Program-made: the position numbers and the translations under genes
Part shown: piece by piece, positions 36,028 to 44,963 of the stretch
How the letters are laid out: the number at the start of each line of letters is the position of its first letter
Numbering within the stretch: the stretch's first letter is position 1
The notes under the pieces: generated by a model
Databases searched by the model: none
The model's input: only the letters and a program-made list of their open reading frames with translations
Told to the model about the DNA's origin: nothing
DNA from: a phage
Length of the DNA: 64,000 nt
Assembly (NCBI GenBank): GCA_011915565.1
Contig: GCA_011915565.1_3920.1
Strand: one strand, 5' to 3'

Positions 36028-36531
36028 CTATAATTGTAGGTTGCATTCTTTACTTACCTCTTCAAGTTTAACCTCAGAGTCCTTAAGTCGTTTCTTATGA
36101 ACTCTGAATCTTATTAGTGAGATGATGATACCAGCTAAAGGAACAGCATACAAGTACCAGATATCATGTAGCTTTGCAGTAATCTGTGTAATTGTCAAAT
36201 CTTGAGCTATGTAGCTGATTGCTGATACTGCTAGTAATGTTGCTAAGAAAAACACTAGTATCATTGCAATATTCATACAACCTCTTGCATGGTACTCATG
36301 CTTAATACACTTATTCTTTTCGTCAACAACCCTGTTGTAGTCGTTTGTAAAGTCTCTGTAGAAAGCTTTCAAGTATTCTTTATTGTAGCCTTCAAAGCAA
36401 CCTGTACCGTACCAATAATCACCACCAAAATGTGCTATGATACCAGTATCTCCGTTTGGTTTGGTTACTCTTAGAGAGACATGATGACCAGTCTTCTGGT
36501 AATCTATCTTATATCTTTCTTCGTAAATCAT
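36028..36531 (-). CDS. membrane protein (two predicted TM helices)
   Basis: 167 aa; hydrophobic segments IAMILVFFLATLLAVSAISYIA and YLYAVPLAGIIISLI. Confidence 0.55.
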   Translation of the reverse strand: MIYEERYKIDYQKTGHHVSLRVTKPNGDTGIIAHFGGDYWYGTGCFEGYNKEYLKAFYRDFTNDYNRVVDEKNKCIKHEYHARGCMNIAMILVFFLATLLAVSAISYIAQDLTITQITAKLHDIWYLYAVPLAGIIISLIRFRVHKKRLKDSEVKLEEVSKECNLQL

Positions 36532-36746
36532 TTTTCAACCCCTCTCAATCTCTTGTTCCATTCAAGGTCAACAAATCTTTGCAGAACTTTTCCTCTAGGT
36601 GTTACACCTTTTAAATCTGCATCGTAACAATGGTAAAAGTCACCTTCAGCGTGTTTACCATAGCATTTTCTGATATTCTGGCTTCTGCGATACTGTTCTA
36701 ACAAGGACAGTTTGTAGTAATCTTCAACTGTAGTTAGTTTTTTCAT
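36528..36746 (-). CDS. hypothetical protein
   Basis: 72 aa. Confidence 0.4.
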   Translation of the reverse strand: MKKLTTVEDYYKLSLLEQYRRSQNIRKCYGKHAEGDFYHCYDADLKGVTPRGKVLQRFVDLEWNKRLRGVEK

Positions 36747-36830
36747 TCTTTCACCACGTATCTTCTCAAGAAACTAAAAAAGGGAACTACCTCTCGATAG
36801 CCCCCATCATAGTTAATGTTGTATATTCGG

Positions 36831-37412
36831 TCAAGAGTATTTTTTAGGCAGTAATGCACTGCGCTTATTGCTCTCTTCACTCAATAGTGCGATAAATTCA
36901 TCACCTTTACCCTTCCACGGGCTGAATGTCGGAATGTGCTCTCTGATAGCATCAATCACTGTTTTAAGGGCGTTGTTCTTTAACCACCAATCAGATACCG
37001 CTGAAGCTACAATGTAGTAAGCACCGTCATCTGTGAAGATTGGCTCAGAGATACATGGCGAAATCATAGTGGTAATGATAGAACCATTATTCATGTAGTA
37101 TGTTCTTTTTTCAACCTTATCAAGAAGCTTATGAAGGTCTGCAAAGAGACTCACCACCTCTTTATGGTCAATATCTTTTTCAAGATTTGCTCTATATTTC
37201 AATAGTGCAGCATCGACCTCTTTGTCATTGAATTTGAAGTATTGAACTTCTTCATTCACACATACACTGATGTTGTTGGTGTTTATCGTCAATTTGCACA
37301 GTTTGACTGGAGAGTTAATGTTGGTCTGAAAAAGTGCTACACAGCCTTCTACATTCCCGAAATGTTTGACTAATGTAACTTCTGGTTGGATGTGCTCATG
37401 TTCTTCTGACAT
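36831..37412 (-). CDS. hypothetical protein
   Basis: 193 aa. Confidence 0.55.
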   Translation of the reverse strand: MSEEHEHIQPEVTLVKHFGNVEGCVALFQTNINSPVKLCKLTINTNNISVCVNEEVQYFKFNDKEVDAALLKYRANLEKDIDHKEVVSLFADLHKLLDKVEKRTYYMNNGSIITTMISPCISEPIFTDDGAYYIVASAVSDWWLKNNALKTVIDAIREHIPTFSPWKGKGDEFIALLSEESNKRSALLPKKYS

Positions 37413-37756
37413 TATAGTTTCCTCATTAAATACTTTTTAAGTTGTGTGTTAGGTTTCTCAAAAACTTCTATAGAAGATATCTTGACAGACTCACCACGCA
37501 TACCTGTATGTTTAAATATGTAATACTCTAACATCCCTATGTACTTTGCTGGTAAGTCATGTTTGACATACACTGTTACAGAATCTTCAAATTCAACAAC
37601 CTTTGTACCATCCTTGTAGTTAAACTCTCTAGGGTGGTTGTAGTTATCAATGTCATACATTAAAAAGAGTCTTTTCCGTTGCATGTCAAGCTTATTGGTT
37701 AAAGACTCTTTAATATCTGAGAAGTTTTTGTACACTGTGACATGGAGCTTACTCAT
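37412..37756 (-). CDS. hypothetical protein
   Basis: 114 aa. Confidence 0.5.
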   Translation of the reverse strand: MSKLHVTVYKNFSDIKESLTNKLDMQRKRLFLMYDIDNYNHPREFNYKDGTKVVEFEDSVTVYVKHDLPAKYIGMLEYYIFKHTGMRGESVKISSIEVFEKPNTQLKKYLMRKL

Positions 37757-38042
37757 CGTTAAACTCTCTGACGAAGAAATAGTTGACTTTGTTATTACCT
37801 ACCATAAGGTCAAAGCAGGTATTTTCAAAAGGTTTGTTGTAGGCATCGTATGAAATATATGGGTCAGCTACTTGCTTAGTGCTTAACTTCTTACTTGATG
37901 GATTTAAGAGGCCACCATACAGCTTCTTGATAGCCTCTTCTACAACAGACCAGATAATTTCGTCAGTAATTTCTTCGTACAGGTCAAGTTCACGCTCCAG
38001 TGAGAAGTCACAAATAGGGAAAACAACCTGTACTTTACTCAT
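37749..38042 (-). CDS. hypothetical protein
   Basis: 97 aa. Confidence 0.5.
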   Translation of the reverse strand: MSKVQVVFPICDFSLERELDLYEEITDEIIWSVVEEAIKKLYGGLLNPSSKKLSTKQVADPYISYDAYNKPFENTCFDLMVGNNKVNYFFVREFNDE

Positions 38043-38449
38043 TAACGAATAACCTGTGAGACTTGAATTGCTTCAGTTACTGACAAGTCACCTACTTTCT
38101 CTTCTTTGATAAAAGTGAAGGTGAGTTCAACAGGTTCTTGCTCTTCTTGCTCTTCTTGCTCAACTGGAACACCATTAAGCTCATCAAAGATTGATTGGGT
38201 TGTCCAGTCTTCTCCACCATCTGGATAGTGGATTACGTAGAGAGGGAACTCTGTGTTAAACCAACCAAATACAGGGCAGCCATCTTCATCATCTCGCACC
38301 CGATGAAGGGTGCTTCCAGACCCTGTAAAACGAAGGAATAAATCTCCGTTGCACTTGAATATTACTGCGTCGGCAAAACCGATGTCTTCTCGACCATCAT
38401 GACCAAATGTGTCAACCTTTACTTGAATATCTCTAACATCTTTATTCAT
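38042..38449 (-). CDS. hypothetical protein
   Basis: 135 aa. Confidence 0.5.
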   Translation of the reverse strand: MNKDVRDIQVKVDTFGHDGREDIGFADAVIFKCNGDLFLRFTGSGSTLHRVRDDEDGCPVFGWFNTEFPLYVIHYPDGGEDWTTQSIFDELNGVPVEQEEQEEQEPVELTFTFIKEEKVGDLSVTEAIQVSQVIR

Positions 38450-38840
38450 AAAAACCTCTCTCTGCTTGTTCGATTTTTGCTCTTAAAGTTTCGCAATGCT
38501 GTAGATGGTAGTTAGCTTCTTGTTCATGTGTTGCTAACTGCCTTTCCAGAACAGATTTATAGTAACCTGCAAGTTGCTCTTTTGTCAATGGGTGCTCTGA
38601 AATAATATCAAGTCCACTTTCACCAAGAGGATTGAATTGTCCATGCTCATTGACATTGTAAGTCTCAAACTTGAACATACCATTGTTCACAGACTTAATA
38701 GGTGACAGTTCAACAAGCTCTACAGTAAACCGTGTATACACCTTGTCGCCTCTTGAAACTACATTGTTTCCAATGATGCGTACAAGCGAACCATTACGAG
38801 TGTATTTAAAAGTCCCAAAATCACTAGCCCAAAGCTTCAT
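38442..38840 (-). CDS. hypothetical protein
   Basis: 132 aa; AAGGAGAAAACT RBS on minus strand. Confidence 0.55.
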   Translation of the reverse strand: MKLWASDFGTFKYTRNGSLVRIIGNNVVSRGDKVYTRFTVELVELSPIKSVNNGMFKFETYNVNEHGQFNPLGESGLDIISEHPLTKEQLAGYYKSVLERQLATHEQEANYHLQHCETLRAKIEQAERGFYE

Positions 38841-38851
38841 AGTTTTCTCCT

Positions 38852-38882
38852 TAGAAAATAAAAAAGGCTCCCGAAGGAGCCT
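38852..38882 (-). terminator. intrinsic terminator (minus strand)
   Basis: Reverse complement AGGCTCC-TTCG-GGAGCC then TTTTTT, downstream of the endolysin gene. Confidence 0.7.
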
Positions 38883-38891
38883 ATGAAGATA

Positions 38892-39356
38892 TTACTTTGG
38901 ATATACACTGTCAAGATAAATGTCAGCTTCCATTCTACGTCTGTTTTTCAGACCGTTTGAAGTGACCTTCTTACCTTTGACTGTAACCTTGTTCCACCAC
39001 TGCATAGCTTCTGCACAACCTACCTTATTACCAGCATTGTGGCGCTTGATAAATGTGGAATCCTGCATAGCTGTGATACCGATGTTGTATGTTTCACTTA
39101 CAAGTGCATCGAACTCATTCTGAGTAGTTGGAACCTTGATAGCTTTGTTCACTGCTGCAACAAACTTCTCAACATCCGCGAGAAGATACTGTTCAGCTTG
39201 TTCAGCGGTGATTTTCATTCCCATCTTAACAGGTTTTCCGTCAATACGGATTGTACCATACCCGATTGTTGGGATTCCGGCAGAGTCTTCGTAAGCCTCT
39301 AACTCCAGACCTTCGAAGAACTTAATAGCTTCTAAACCTTTTCTTGAGAGTTGCAT
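38892..39356 (-). CDS. endolysin, phage lysozyme (GH24, T4-lysozyme-like)
   Basis: 154 aa; GLEAIKFFEGLELEAYEDSAGIPTIGYGT matches the T4/lambda lysozyme catalytic N-terminal region. Confidence 0.8.
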   Translation of the reverse strand: MQLSRKGLEAIKFFEGLELEAYEDSAGIPTIGYGTIRIDGKPVKMGMKITAEQAEQYLLADVEKFVAAVNKAIKVPTTQNEFDALVSETYNIGITAMQDSTFIKRHNAGNKVGCAEAMQWWNKVTVKGKKVTSNGLKNRRRMEADIYLDSVYPK

Positions 39357-40489
39357 TATGCCTCCCCTGCTGGGTTAACAGTAACTGTTGCAGCATTAGA
39401 CGTTACAGAACCACCTGCACCAGTAACTACACAGGTGTAGCTTCCTGCATCAGCAGCGGTTGCACCTTCTTTGGTGTAAGTTGCAGTAGTTGCATCGAGG
39501 ATGTCTTCCTCACCTTTCTTCCATTGGTAACCTGTCGCACCTGTTGCCACAACATTCAGCGTTAAGGTCTCACCTTCAGTGATTTCTTGATTGGTTGGCT
39601 GTTGAGTGATAACTGGTAAAGCTTTCACAGTAACGGTTGCAGGGTTAGAAGTGACAGAACCACCTGCACCTGTTACAACGCAAGTGTATGAACCTGCATC
39701 TGCTGGCAGAGCACCAGACTTACTATAGGTTGCATCTGTAGCCGAAGGAATGTCAGAGCCATCTTTCTTCCACTGATAACCTGTTGCACCTGTTGCAGTC
39801 ACTTCCAAGTTGATGTTTCCACCCTCATTGACGGTCTGGCTAGAAGGTTGTTGTGTAATCACAGGCAGTGCGTTGACAGTAACTGTTGCCGCATCTGAGG
39901 TAACGCTTGTCCCAGCCTCTCCAGATACAACACAAGTGTATGAACCAGCATCAGAAGGTTCTACAGACTGTTTTGTGTAGGTTGCAGATGTGGCGCTAGT
40001 GATATCCTCACCATCCTTTTTCCATTGATATCCAGTGGCATTAGTTGCAATAACACTTAGGGTAAGTGTACCACCTTCATTTACTGTTTGATTGGTTGGT
40101 TGCTGAGTGATTGATGGTGGCTTGATAGCGTCCTTCAACTTAGCATTCAACATTGAGAATGGTTTAACTCTTGCCAGCCATTCACAATAAACTGTATCAA
40201 CGTCTTTACCATTGATAATTGCATATTGTAAGTCCATGAAGAAGTCAGAAGTTCTCATTTGAGCACCAACACTGTAAAGCAACTCATCACTAAATGGAAC
40301 TTTGTAGTCTGGTTTATAGTCAAACTTCTCAACTTCTGCAATATCAGCTTCAGGCCAATACGAGCTATAGGTAAGTGGTAAAATAGCCTCTTGATATGTT
40401 CTAAAATCATATCTCTTACCAGCCTTTACGTTTGCAATGAAGCCCTTCACAAACTCTTTGAAGTCTGGGTAAGTCTTTGCTTTAATCAT
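39356..40489 (-). CDS. protein with three tandem Ig-like (I-set-type) domains
   Basis: 377 aa; three repeats of about 80 aa each containing GYQWKKDG...DAGSYTCVV; N-terminal 110 aa paralogous to the adjacent 123-aa protein. Confidence 0.7.
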   Translation of the reverse strand: MIKAKTYPDFKEFVKGFIANVKAGKRYDFRTYQEAILPLTYSSYWPEADIAEVEKFDYKPDYKVPFSDELLYSVGAQMRTSDFFMDLQYAIINGKDVDTVYCEWLARVKPFSMLNAKLKDAIKPPSITQQPTNQTVNEGGTLTLSVIATNATGYQWKKDGEDITSATSATYTKQSVEPSDAGSYTCVVSGEAGTSVTSDAATVTVNALPVITQQPSSQTVNEGGNINLEVTATGATGYQWKKDGSDIPSATDATYSKSGALPADAGSYTCVVTGAGGSVTSNPATVTVKALPVITQQPTNQEITEGETLTLNVVATGATGYQWKKGEEDILDATTATYTKEGATAADAGSYTCVVTGAGGSVTSNAATVTVNPAGEA

Positions 40490-40857
40490 TTCTTTTCAGC
40501 CTCTAAATGTGCGTTTAGTCTAAAATAACCTTTGTGATTCGGAGATACATCACCAACGACAATACCTTTAACCTTATATCCTTTACCAATTACATACTGG
40601 ATATCCATAAGGAATCTTCCAAGACCAACAATATGGAACATTGGGTATAATAGACTCTCAGAGTCTGGAATATTGATTTCAGGTTTGTAGGTACGCTGTT
40701 CGCTTGTTGGTGTAATATCTTCTTCAGGCCATTTACTGAGTCTCCATGTCAAAGGTGTTGGGATAACATCATTAAGGTTGTACCTTTCACCATTTTGCAC
40801 GGAATTGATATAGGATTGTAGGAAGCAATAAAAGTCTTTTGCACTCTTAGCTTTCAT
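40486..40857 (-). CDS. hypothetical protein, paralog of the Ig-like protein N-terminal domain
   Basis: 123 aa; shared blocks (ERYNL/KRYDF, YKP, FLMDIQYVI/FFMDLQYAI, LNAHL/LNAKL). Confidence 0.6.
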   Translation of the reverse strand: MKAKSAKDFYCFLQSYINSVQNGERYNLNDVIPTPLTWRLSKWPEEDITPTSEQRTYKPEINIPDSESLLYPMFHIVGLGRFLMDIQYVIGKGYKVKGIVVGDVSPNHKGYFRLNAHLEAEKK

Positions 40858-40904
40858 TAAATATCCTTATAAATAGTTAAAGGGGCATAAGCCCCTATTC
40901 ACAC

Positions 40905-41495
40905 TTAAGCTTTGGTCTTAAGTAGGTTCTTAAGTTTTTTAAGATTCATACTCTCATCAAACTTAAAACCAAATCCATTGACATAATCAATGAACTCGGA
41001 TTTCTTACTGAGTGACAATGCGTAACTCATATCAAAGTTCTTACTTGTTTCTGCATCTGGACTAGAGTTCACATCAAATGAAATTTCCGTAGGCTCTTGC
41101 TTACTTTTTCTCATATTATCAACCAACAAACATGTATAGTTTGCTGGATAGAAATTTACACTACCATCAACGTAGCTGTACTTATTATTATGGACAAGGT
41201 TGGAAAATACCTTAAGGAATGTTTCTGAGTCGTGGCAAACAAGTTTGAATTGGCTGCTCTCTCCAAGCGCAACTAATGAATACGGACTTTCACTATCGAA
41301 GTGATAATTTGGATTCGATGCCGTTACTGTTACACGCATCAAGTTATTAGCAATAGTCTTCTGTTTAAAAGAATTTTGAACATAGTGAAGACCTCTATCA
41401 CACTGATTGACTAGCTCTTTAAGTAGGTCATTTGCATAAGGTGAATTAATTGATACAGAGCCATCACTATTGTAATTAAAACTTACTGTTAACAT
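40905..41495 (-). CDS. hypothetical protein
   Basis: 196 aa. Confidence 0.55.
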   Translation of the reverse strand: MLTVSFNYNSDGSVSINSPYANDLLKELVNQCDRGLHYVQNSFKQKTIANNLMRVTVTASNPNYHFDSESPYSLVALGESSQFKLVCHDSETFLKVFSNLVHNNKYSYVDGSVNFYPANYTCLLVDNMRKSKQEPTEISFDVNSSPDAETSKNFDMSYALSLSKKSEFIDYVNGFGFKFDESMNLKKLKNLLKTKA

Positions 41496-41722
41496 TTTTC
41501 AGTTCTCCTGCGATTTATAATTTTGCTGCAATAGAGAAACGAAGTAAACTCACTGGAAGAAACCATTAAGTGTTGTTCACTAGATTGAGCCATTGCCCTG
41601 AAATACATTCCAGTCAAAGCATCATAGTGACTATTCTTTCCAATTGAGGTTATATAGCCATGACTCTTTGCAGTTTGATATAAATCTATAATATCTGCGA
41701 TTTCTAATTGGGAACTACACAT
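41489..41722 (-). CDS. hypothetical protein
   Basis: 77 aa; first gene of the minus-strand block. Confidence 0.4.
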   Translation of the reverse strand: MCSSQLEIADIIDLYQTAKSHGYITSIGKNSHYDALTGMYFRAMAQSSEQHLMVSSSEFTSFLYCSKIINRRRTEKC

Positions 41723-42114
41723 AGATAATCCTCTTGTCTTCTGTAATTTTGAAAGAACAGGTACAGACCAATTTCAGAGGATGAATAGTAGATTAACTCT
41801 ACCCTTTTTGATTCCTTACAGTGATTGGTATTCTTACCTTTCTTCGGTTTATTTGATTTTCTCATTAAGTCTCCTTTGTAGAACAAGGCAGACCTACAGC
41901 TTTAACTAAGATGGTACAGTAATCCATACAACAAGTCAAGAACTATTGCAAGTTAAAAAAGTTGTTGACAAAGTACTTGACAAGGTGTAGGCTTATAAAT
42001 ACTTAGAAGATAACTTAAAAGGTTCCTCTAAAAAGGCTATTTAAACAGATATCTTTCTGGATATCTATCTTTTATCTTAAAAGCCTTTTAAGAGGTCTTA
42101 TAAGAGGCATACCA

Positions 42115-42486
42115 ATGAAAAACAGAACAAACAAAGGCCAGTTTAAAAAAGGCCAGTCTGGAAACCCATCTGGAAGACCAAAAGGCTCTCGTAACAAAAG
42201 CTCACTTGTAAAAGCTCAACTGACCATTGATAATTCTGCTGAGTTTGCTGCAAAGTTGTTTGAAGCGATTGTTACAAGGGATGCTGCTAAGCTTGCAGAG
42301 TTCGGTTTGACGACTGACGATGTAAACCTGAAGTCGATGATGGAAGCTGGTAAAACTATCATGACTCACTCAGCAGGTGAGATGAAAGCAATTGCAGCAG
42401 ACACTAAGAAGACCCCTGATAATGGTGGTCAGCCTCAGACAGATAACAAACCAACGTTCTCTGCTGTTGCAACCCTCAAAAAATAA
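42115..42486 (+). CDS. hypothetical protein with GNPSGRPKG motif
   Basis: 123 aa; basic N-terminus KKGQSGNPSGRPKGSRNK. Confidence 0.55.
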   Translation: MKNRTNKGQFKKGQSGNPSGRPKGSRNKSSLVKAQLTIDNSAEFAAKLFEAIVTRDAAKLAEFGLTTDDVNLKSMMEAGKTIMTHSAGEMKAIAADTKKTPDNGGQPQTDNKPTFSAVATLKK

Positions 42487-42498
42487 TTTTAAAAGATG

Positions 42499-42528
42499 TT
42501 GACAGACTCTATAAAGTTGCTCTAAAGT
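42499..42528 (+). promoter_or_regulatory. sigma70-like promoter (TTGACA-18-TAAAGT)
   Basis: Upstream of the vWA-domain gene. Confidence 0.45.
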
Positions 42529-42567
42529 CTGTCACATCAAACAACAAATGAGAGAAGAGAGGAAAAT

Positions 42568-43983
42568 ATGAGCGAATTATTTAAACATGCGCACCTTCAT
42601 GCAGGTCGAACTGAAAATGGTGCTGTAAACCATACTTCATCAATGTCTGCTCTTGTAGACTTTTACAAAGCTGCTGGTTCAAGCCGTAGCAATGTAGAAA
42701 TCTTACCAGACCTGTTCTACAAAGCTTTGCGTGAGGATGTTGATGTTGCAGTTCGTATTTTACTGCATATGCGAGATGTACGAGAAGGTATGGGTGAGCG
42801 TAAGGCCTTCAGAACTGTTTTACTTCAAGCGATTGAAGACAAAGTTTTAGAGCCTACGCAGGTTCTTCGCATTATGGATAAGGTTGCAGAACTTGGTCGT
42901 TTTGATGACTTCAAAATCTTCGTAGGTACTCGTTTCGAGACAGATGCCTTCAAGCATTTAGAAGCAGCATTACTAGACCCTGCAACAGCAGGTTTGGCGG
43001 CTAAGTGGTTACCACGAGTCAAACCACGTCATAAGCAGTTTGTAAAACGTTTCTGCAAGTTTGCCAACTTGAGTGAGAAAGAGTACCGCACACTGTTGTC
43101 TGCACTATCTGATACAGTTGAGCAAAAAATCTCTGCTAATGAGTTTGGTAAGATTGATTACAGCAAGATTCCTTCACTTGCTGCTGCACGTTACCAAAAA
43201 CTCTTTAACCGTAAAGATGGGGAACGTTACAAAGCTTACATTGAGTCTTTATCAAAGGGCGAGGCTAAGATTAATGCTGGTGCTGTTTACCCATACGATG
43301 TGATTAAATCTGTTAAGTATGGTAATGCAGATGTTGCTAATGAGCAGTGGAAAGCACTACCAAACTGGATGGCAGAAGGTGAAAACATCCTATGTATGAC
43401 TGATGTTTCAAGCTCAATGTATTGGGTGAATTTTGGTTCAATCACTGCACTTGATATTGGTGTATCACTTGCCTTGTATGTAGCAGAACGCAATACAGGT
43501 TGCTTTAAGGATGAGTTGATGGTTTATTCAACAAACCCTCACTTCATCGAACTGAGTGGTGATTTACGAAACCGTCATCGTCAGGTGATGCGACACGTTG
43601 AATATGGCTCAACCAACTTACAAGCAGCTTTTGACCGCATTCTTGAAACAGGTAAAAGAAACAACTTGACTCAGAAAGATATGCCAAGTAAGCTTATCAT
43701 CTTCTCCGATATGGAGTTTAATCAGGTTGATGGTGCTAATGGTCGTACAAACTTCGAAGCAATTCGAGATAAGTACGAAAAAGCTGGATATGAGATGCCA
43801 CAACTGGTATTCTGGTACTTAGCAAACCGTAATGGTACTTGCGAAGTATCTATTAAGGATAACGGTGTAGCAATGGTATCTGGTTTCTCTCCAGCCACTT
43901 TAAAAGCTTTGCTTGGTGGTGAGAAGTTTGACCCAATCAGCGTAATGCTCAAAGCAGTAATGATTGACCGTTACATCTGGTAA
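42568..43983 (+). CDS. von Willebrand factor A (vWA) domain protein with N-terminal helical domain
   Basis: 471 aa; MIDAS-like DVSSSM at about residue 280; domain order resembles Ro60/TROVE or DUF2828-type proteins (inference). Confidence 0.7.
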   Translation: MSELFKHAHLHAGRTENGAVNHTSSMSALVDFYKAAGSSRSNVEILPDLFYKALREDVDVAVRILLHMRDVREGMGERKAFRTVLLQAIEDKVLEPTQVLRIMDKVAELGRFDDFKIFVGTRFETDAFKHLEAALLDPATAGLAAKWLPRVKPRHKQFVKRFCKFANLSEKEYRTLLSALSDTVEQKISANEFGKIDYSKIPSLAAARYQKLFNRKDGERYKAYIESLSKGEAKINAGAVYPYDVIKSVKYGNADVANEQWKALPNWMAEGENILCMTDVSSSMYWVNFGSITALDIGVSLALYVAERNTGCFKDELMVYSTNPHFIELSGDLRNRHRQVMRHVEYGSTNLQAAFDRILETGKRNNLTQKDMPSKLIIFSDMEFNQVDGANGRTNFEAIRDKYEKAGYEMPQLVFWYLANRNGTCEVSIKDNGVAMVSGFSPATLKALLGGEKFDPISVMLKAVMIDRYIW

Positions 43984-44002
43984 AAAGTTTTAAAAAGGGT
44001 AT

Positions 44003-44031
44003 TGACAATGTGTTTAATACCCTTTAATATG
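44003..44031 (+). promoter_or_regulatory. sigma70-like promoter (TTGACA-17-TAATAT) with overlapping inverted repeat
   Basis: GGGTATT...AATACCC palindrome spans the -35 and spacer; heads the tRNA array. Confidence 0.55.
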
Positions 44032-44148
44032 TTCTACATAGAAACGAGATGAGGGCTTTTCTAAGATACTGAAAAATATTTTAAAAAAGTTCTTGACAAC
44101 CACTAAAAAATAATGTTAAAGTGGTTACATAGAGTTTGAAAAGTTTAT

Positions 44149-44225
44149 CTCTGTTTAGCTCAGCTTGGTAGAGCGTTCCGTTTGGGGCGGTAAGGCCGGA
44201 GGTTCAAGTCCTCCAACAGAGACCA
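44149..44225 (+). tRNA. tRNA-Pro (anticodon TGG)
   Basis: Manual cloverleaf: acceptor CTCTGTT/AACAGAG, GGTTCAAGTCC T-arm, CCA encoded. Confidence 0.7.
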
Positions 44226-44232
44226 AATTAAT

Positions 44233-44310
44233 GTTCCAGTAGACAAAATGGTAAAGTCACCACTCTTTCAAAGTGGATATCTGAGGGTTCAAATCCCTTC
44301 TGGAACGCCA
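44233..44310 (+). tRNA. tRNA-Glu (anticodon TTC)
   Basis: Acceptor GTTCCAG/CTGGAAC; anticodon stem CCACT/AGTGG, loop CTTTCAA; CCA encoded. Confidence 0.7.
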
Positions 44311-44315
44311 GTTTT

Positions 44316-44392
44316 GACAGAAGACCAATTACAGCAAACTTAATCTTATTCATCTGAAGGTAAATCGGACAAAGAAGAGATTTGGTCTGGTC
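44316..44392 (+). other. tRNA-spacer structured element, copy 1 (CAGAAGACC...GGTCTGG)
   Basis: Conserved CAGAAGACCAATTACAGCAA head and TTGGTCTGG tail forming a 7-bp closing stem. Confidence 0.5.
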
Positions 44393-44401
44393 ATTAAGAA
44401 T

Positions 44402-44478
44402 TGCGGGTATAGAGAAAGGGTGTCTCACATGTCTCATTAGCATGGTATCGGCAGGTTCGACTCCTGCACCCGCCTCCA
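44402..44478 (+). tRNA. tRNA-Met (anticodon CAT)
   Basis: D-stem GAGA/TCTC, anticodon loop CTCATTA, T-arm GCAGG-TTCGACT-CCTGC, CCA encoded. Confidence 0.65.
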
Positions 44479-44480
44479 AA

Positions 44481-44550
44481 TTTACAGAAGACCGTTTACA
44501 GCAATACTTATTAAATTTTTAGCGGAAAAATTGAAAGATACGGTCTGGTA
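44481..44550 (+). other. tRNA-spacer structured element, copy 2
   Basis: TTTACAGAAGACCGTTTACAGCAA...ACGGTCTGG. Confidence 0.5.
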
Positions 44551-44561
44551 ATACTAAACAT

Positions 44562-44638
44562 GGTTAGGAAGCACATAAGGTATGTGCGGTCGCCTGTTAA
44601 GCGAATGGCACAGGGTTCGAATCCCTGACTAACCGCCA
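44562..44638 (+). tRNA. tRNA-Asn (anticodon GTT)
   Basis: Acceptor GGTTAGG/ACTAACC; anticodon loop CTGTTAA; T-arm CAGGG-TTCGAAT-CCCTG. Confidence 0.65.
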
Positions 44639-44646
44639 AATTAAAT

Positions 44647-44734
44647 GTGTCGTTATCCCGTAGATGGTAGCGGTGGGGACTGTAAATCCCTTGTCATTGA
44701 GACTCGGTAGGTTCGACTCCTACACGGCACACCA
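44647..44734 (+). tRNA. tRNA-Tyr (anticodon GTA), long variable arm
   Basis: 88 nt; anticodon stem-loop GGGGA-CTGTAAA-TCCCT; type II structure. Confidence 0.65.
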
Positions 44735-44739
44735 ATAAA

Positions 44740-44816
44740 GGCTATGTAGTTTAACTGGAGAAAATACTCCCCTGTCACGGGAGATGATGTGAGTTCAAGT
44801 CTCATCGTAGCCGCCA
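44740..44816 (+). tRNA. tRNA-Asp (anticodon GTC)
   Basis: Acceptor GGCTATG/CGTAGCC; anticodon stem CTCCC/GGGAG, loop CTGTCAC. Confidence 0.7.
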
Positions 44817-44875
44817 ATTTTGAGAGGGCTATTTAGTTCCTCCCTTAAAGAGTTCTTACGAGTATTCTTTAAAGG

Positions 44876-44952
44876 AGCAGAAGACCAAATACAGCAAGAA
44901 TGTATGAAATTTCAAGCCAATTTAATTTTGAAAATTTAAAACTTGGTCTGGC
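44876..44952 (+). other. tRNA-spacer structured element, copy 3
   Basis: GCAGAAGACCAAATACAGCAA...CTTGGTCTGG. Confidence 0.5.
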
Positions 44953-44963
44953 TCAACAAATTT

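Noticed and set aside
44228-44479. 83-aa minus-strand ORF
   Set aside because: Lies antisense across tRNA-Glu, a structured spacer and tRNA-Met; no RBS; ORF-finder artefact.
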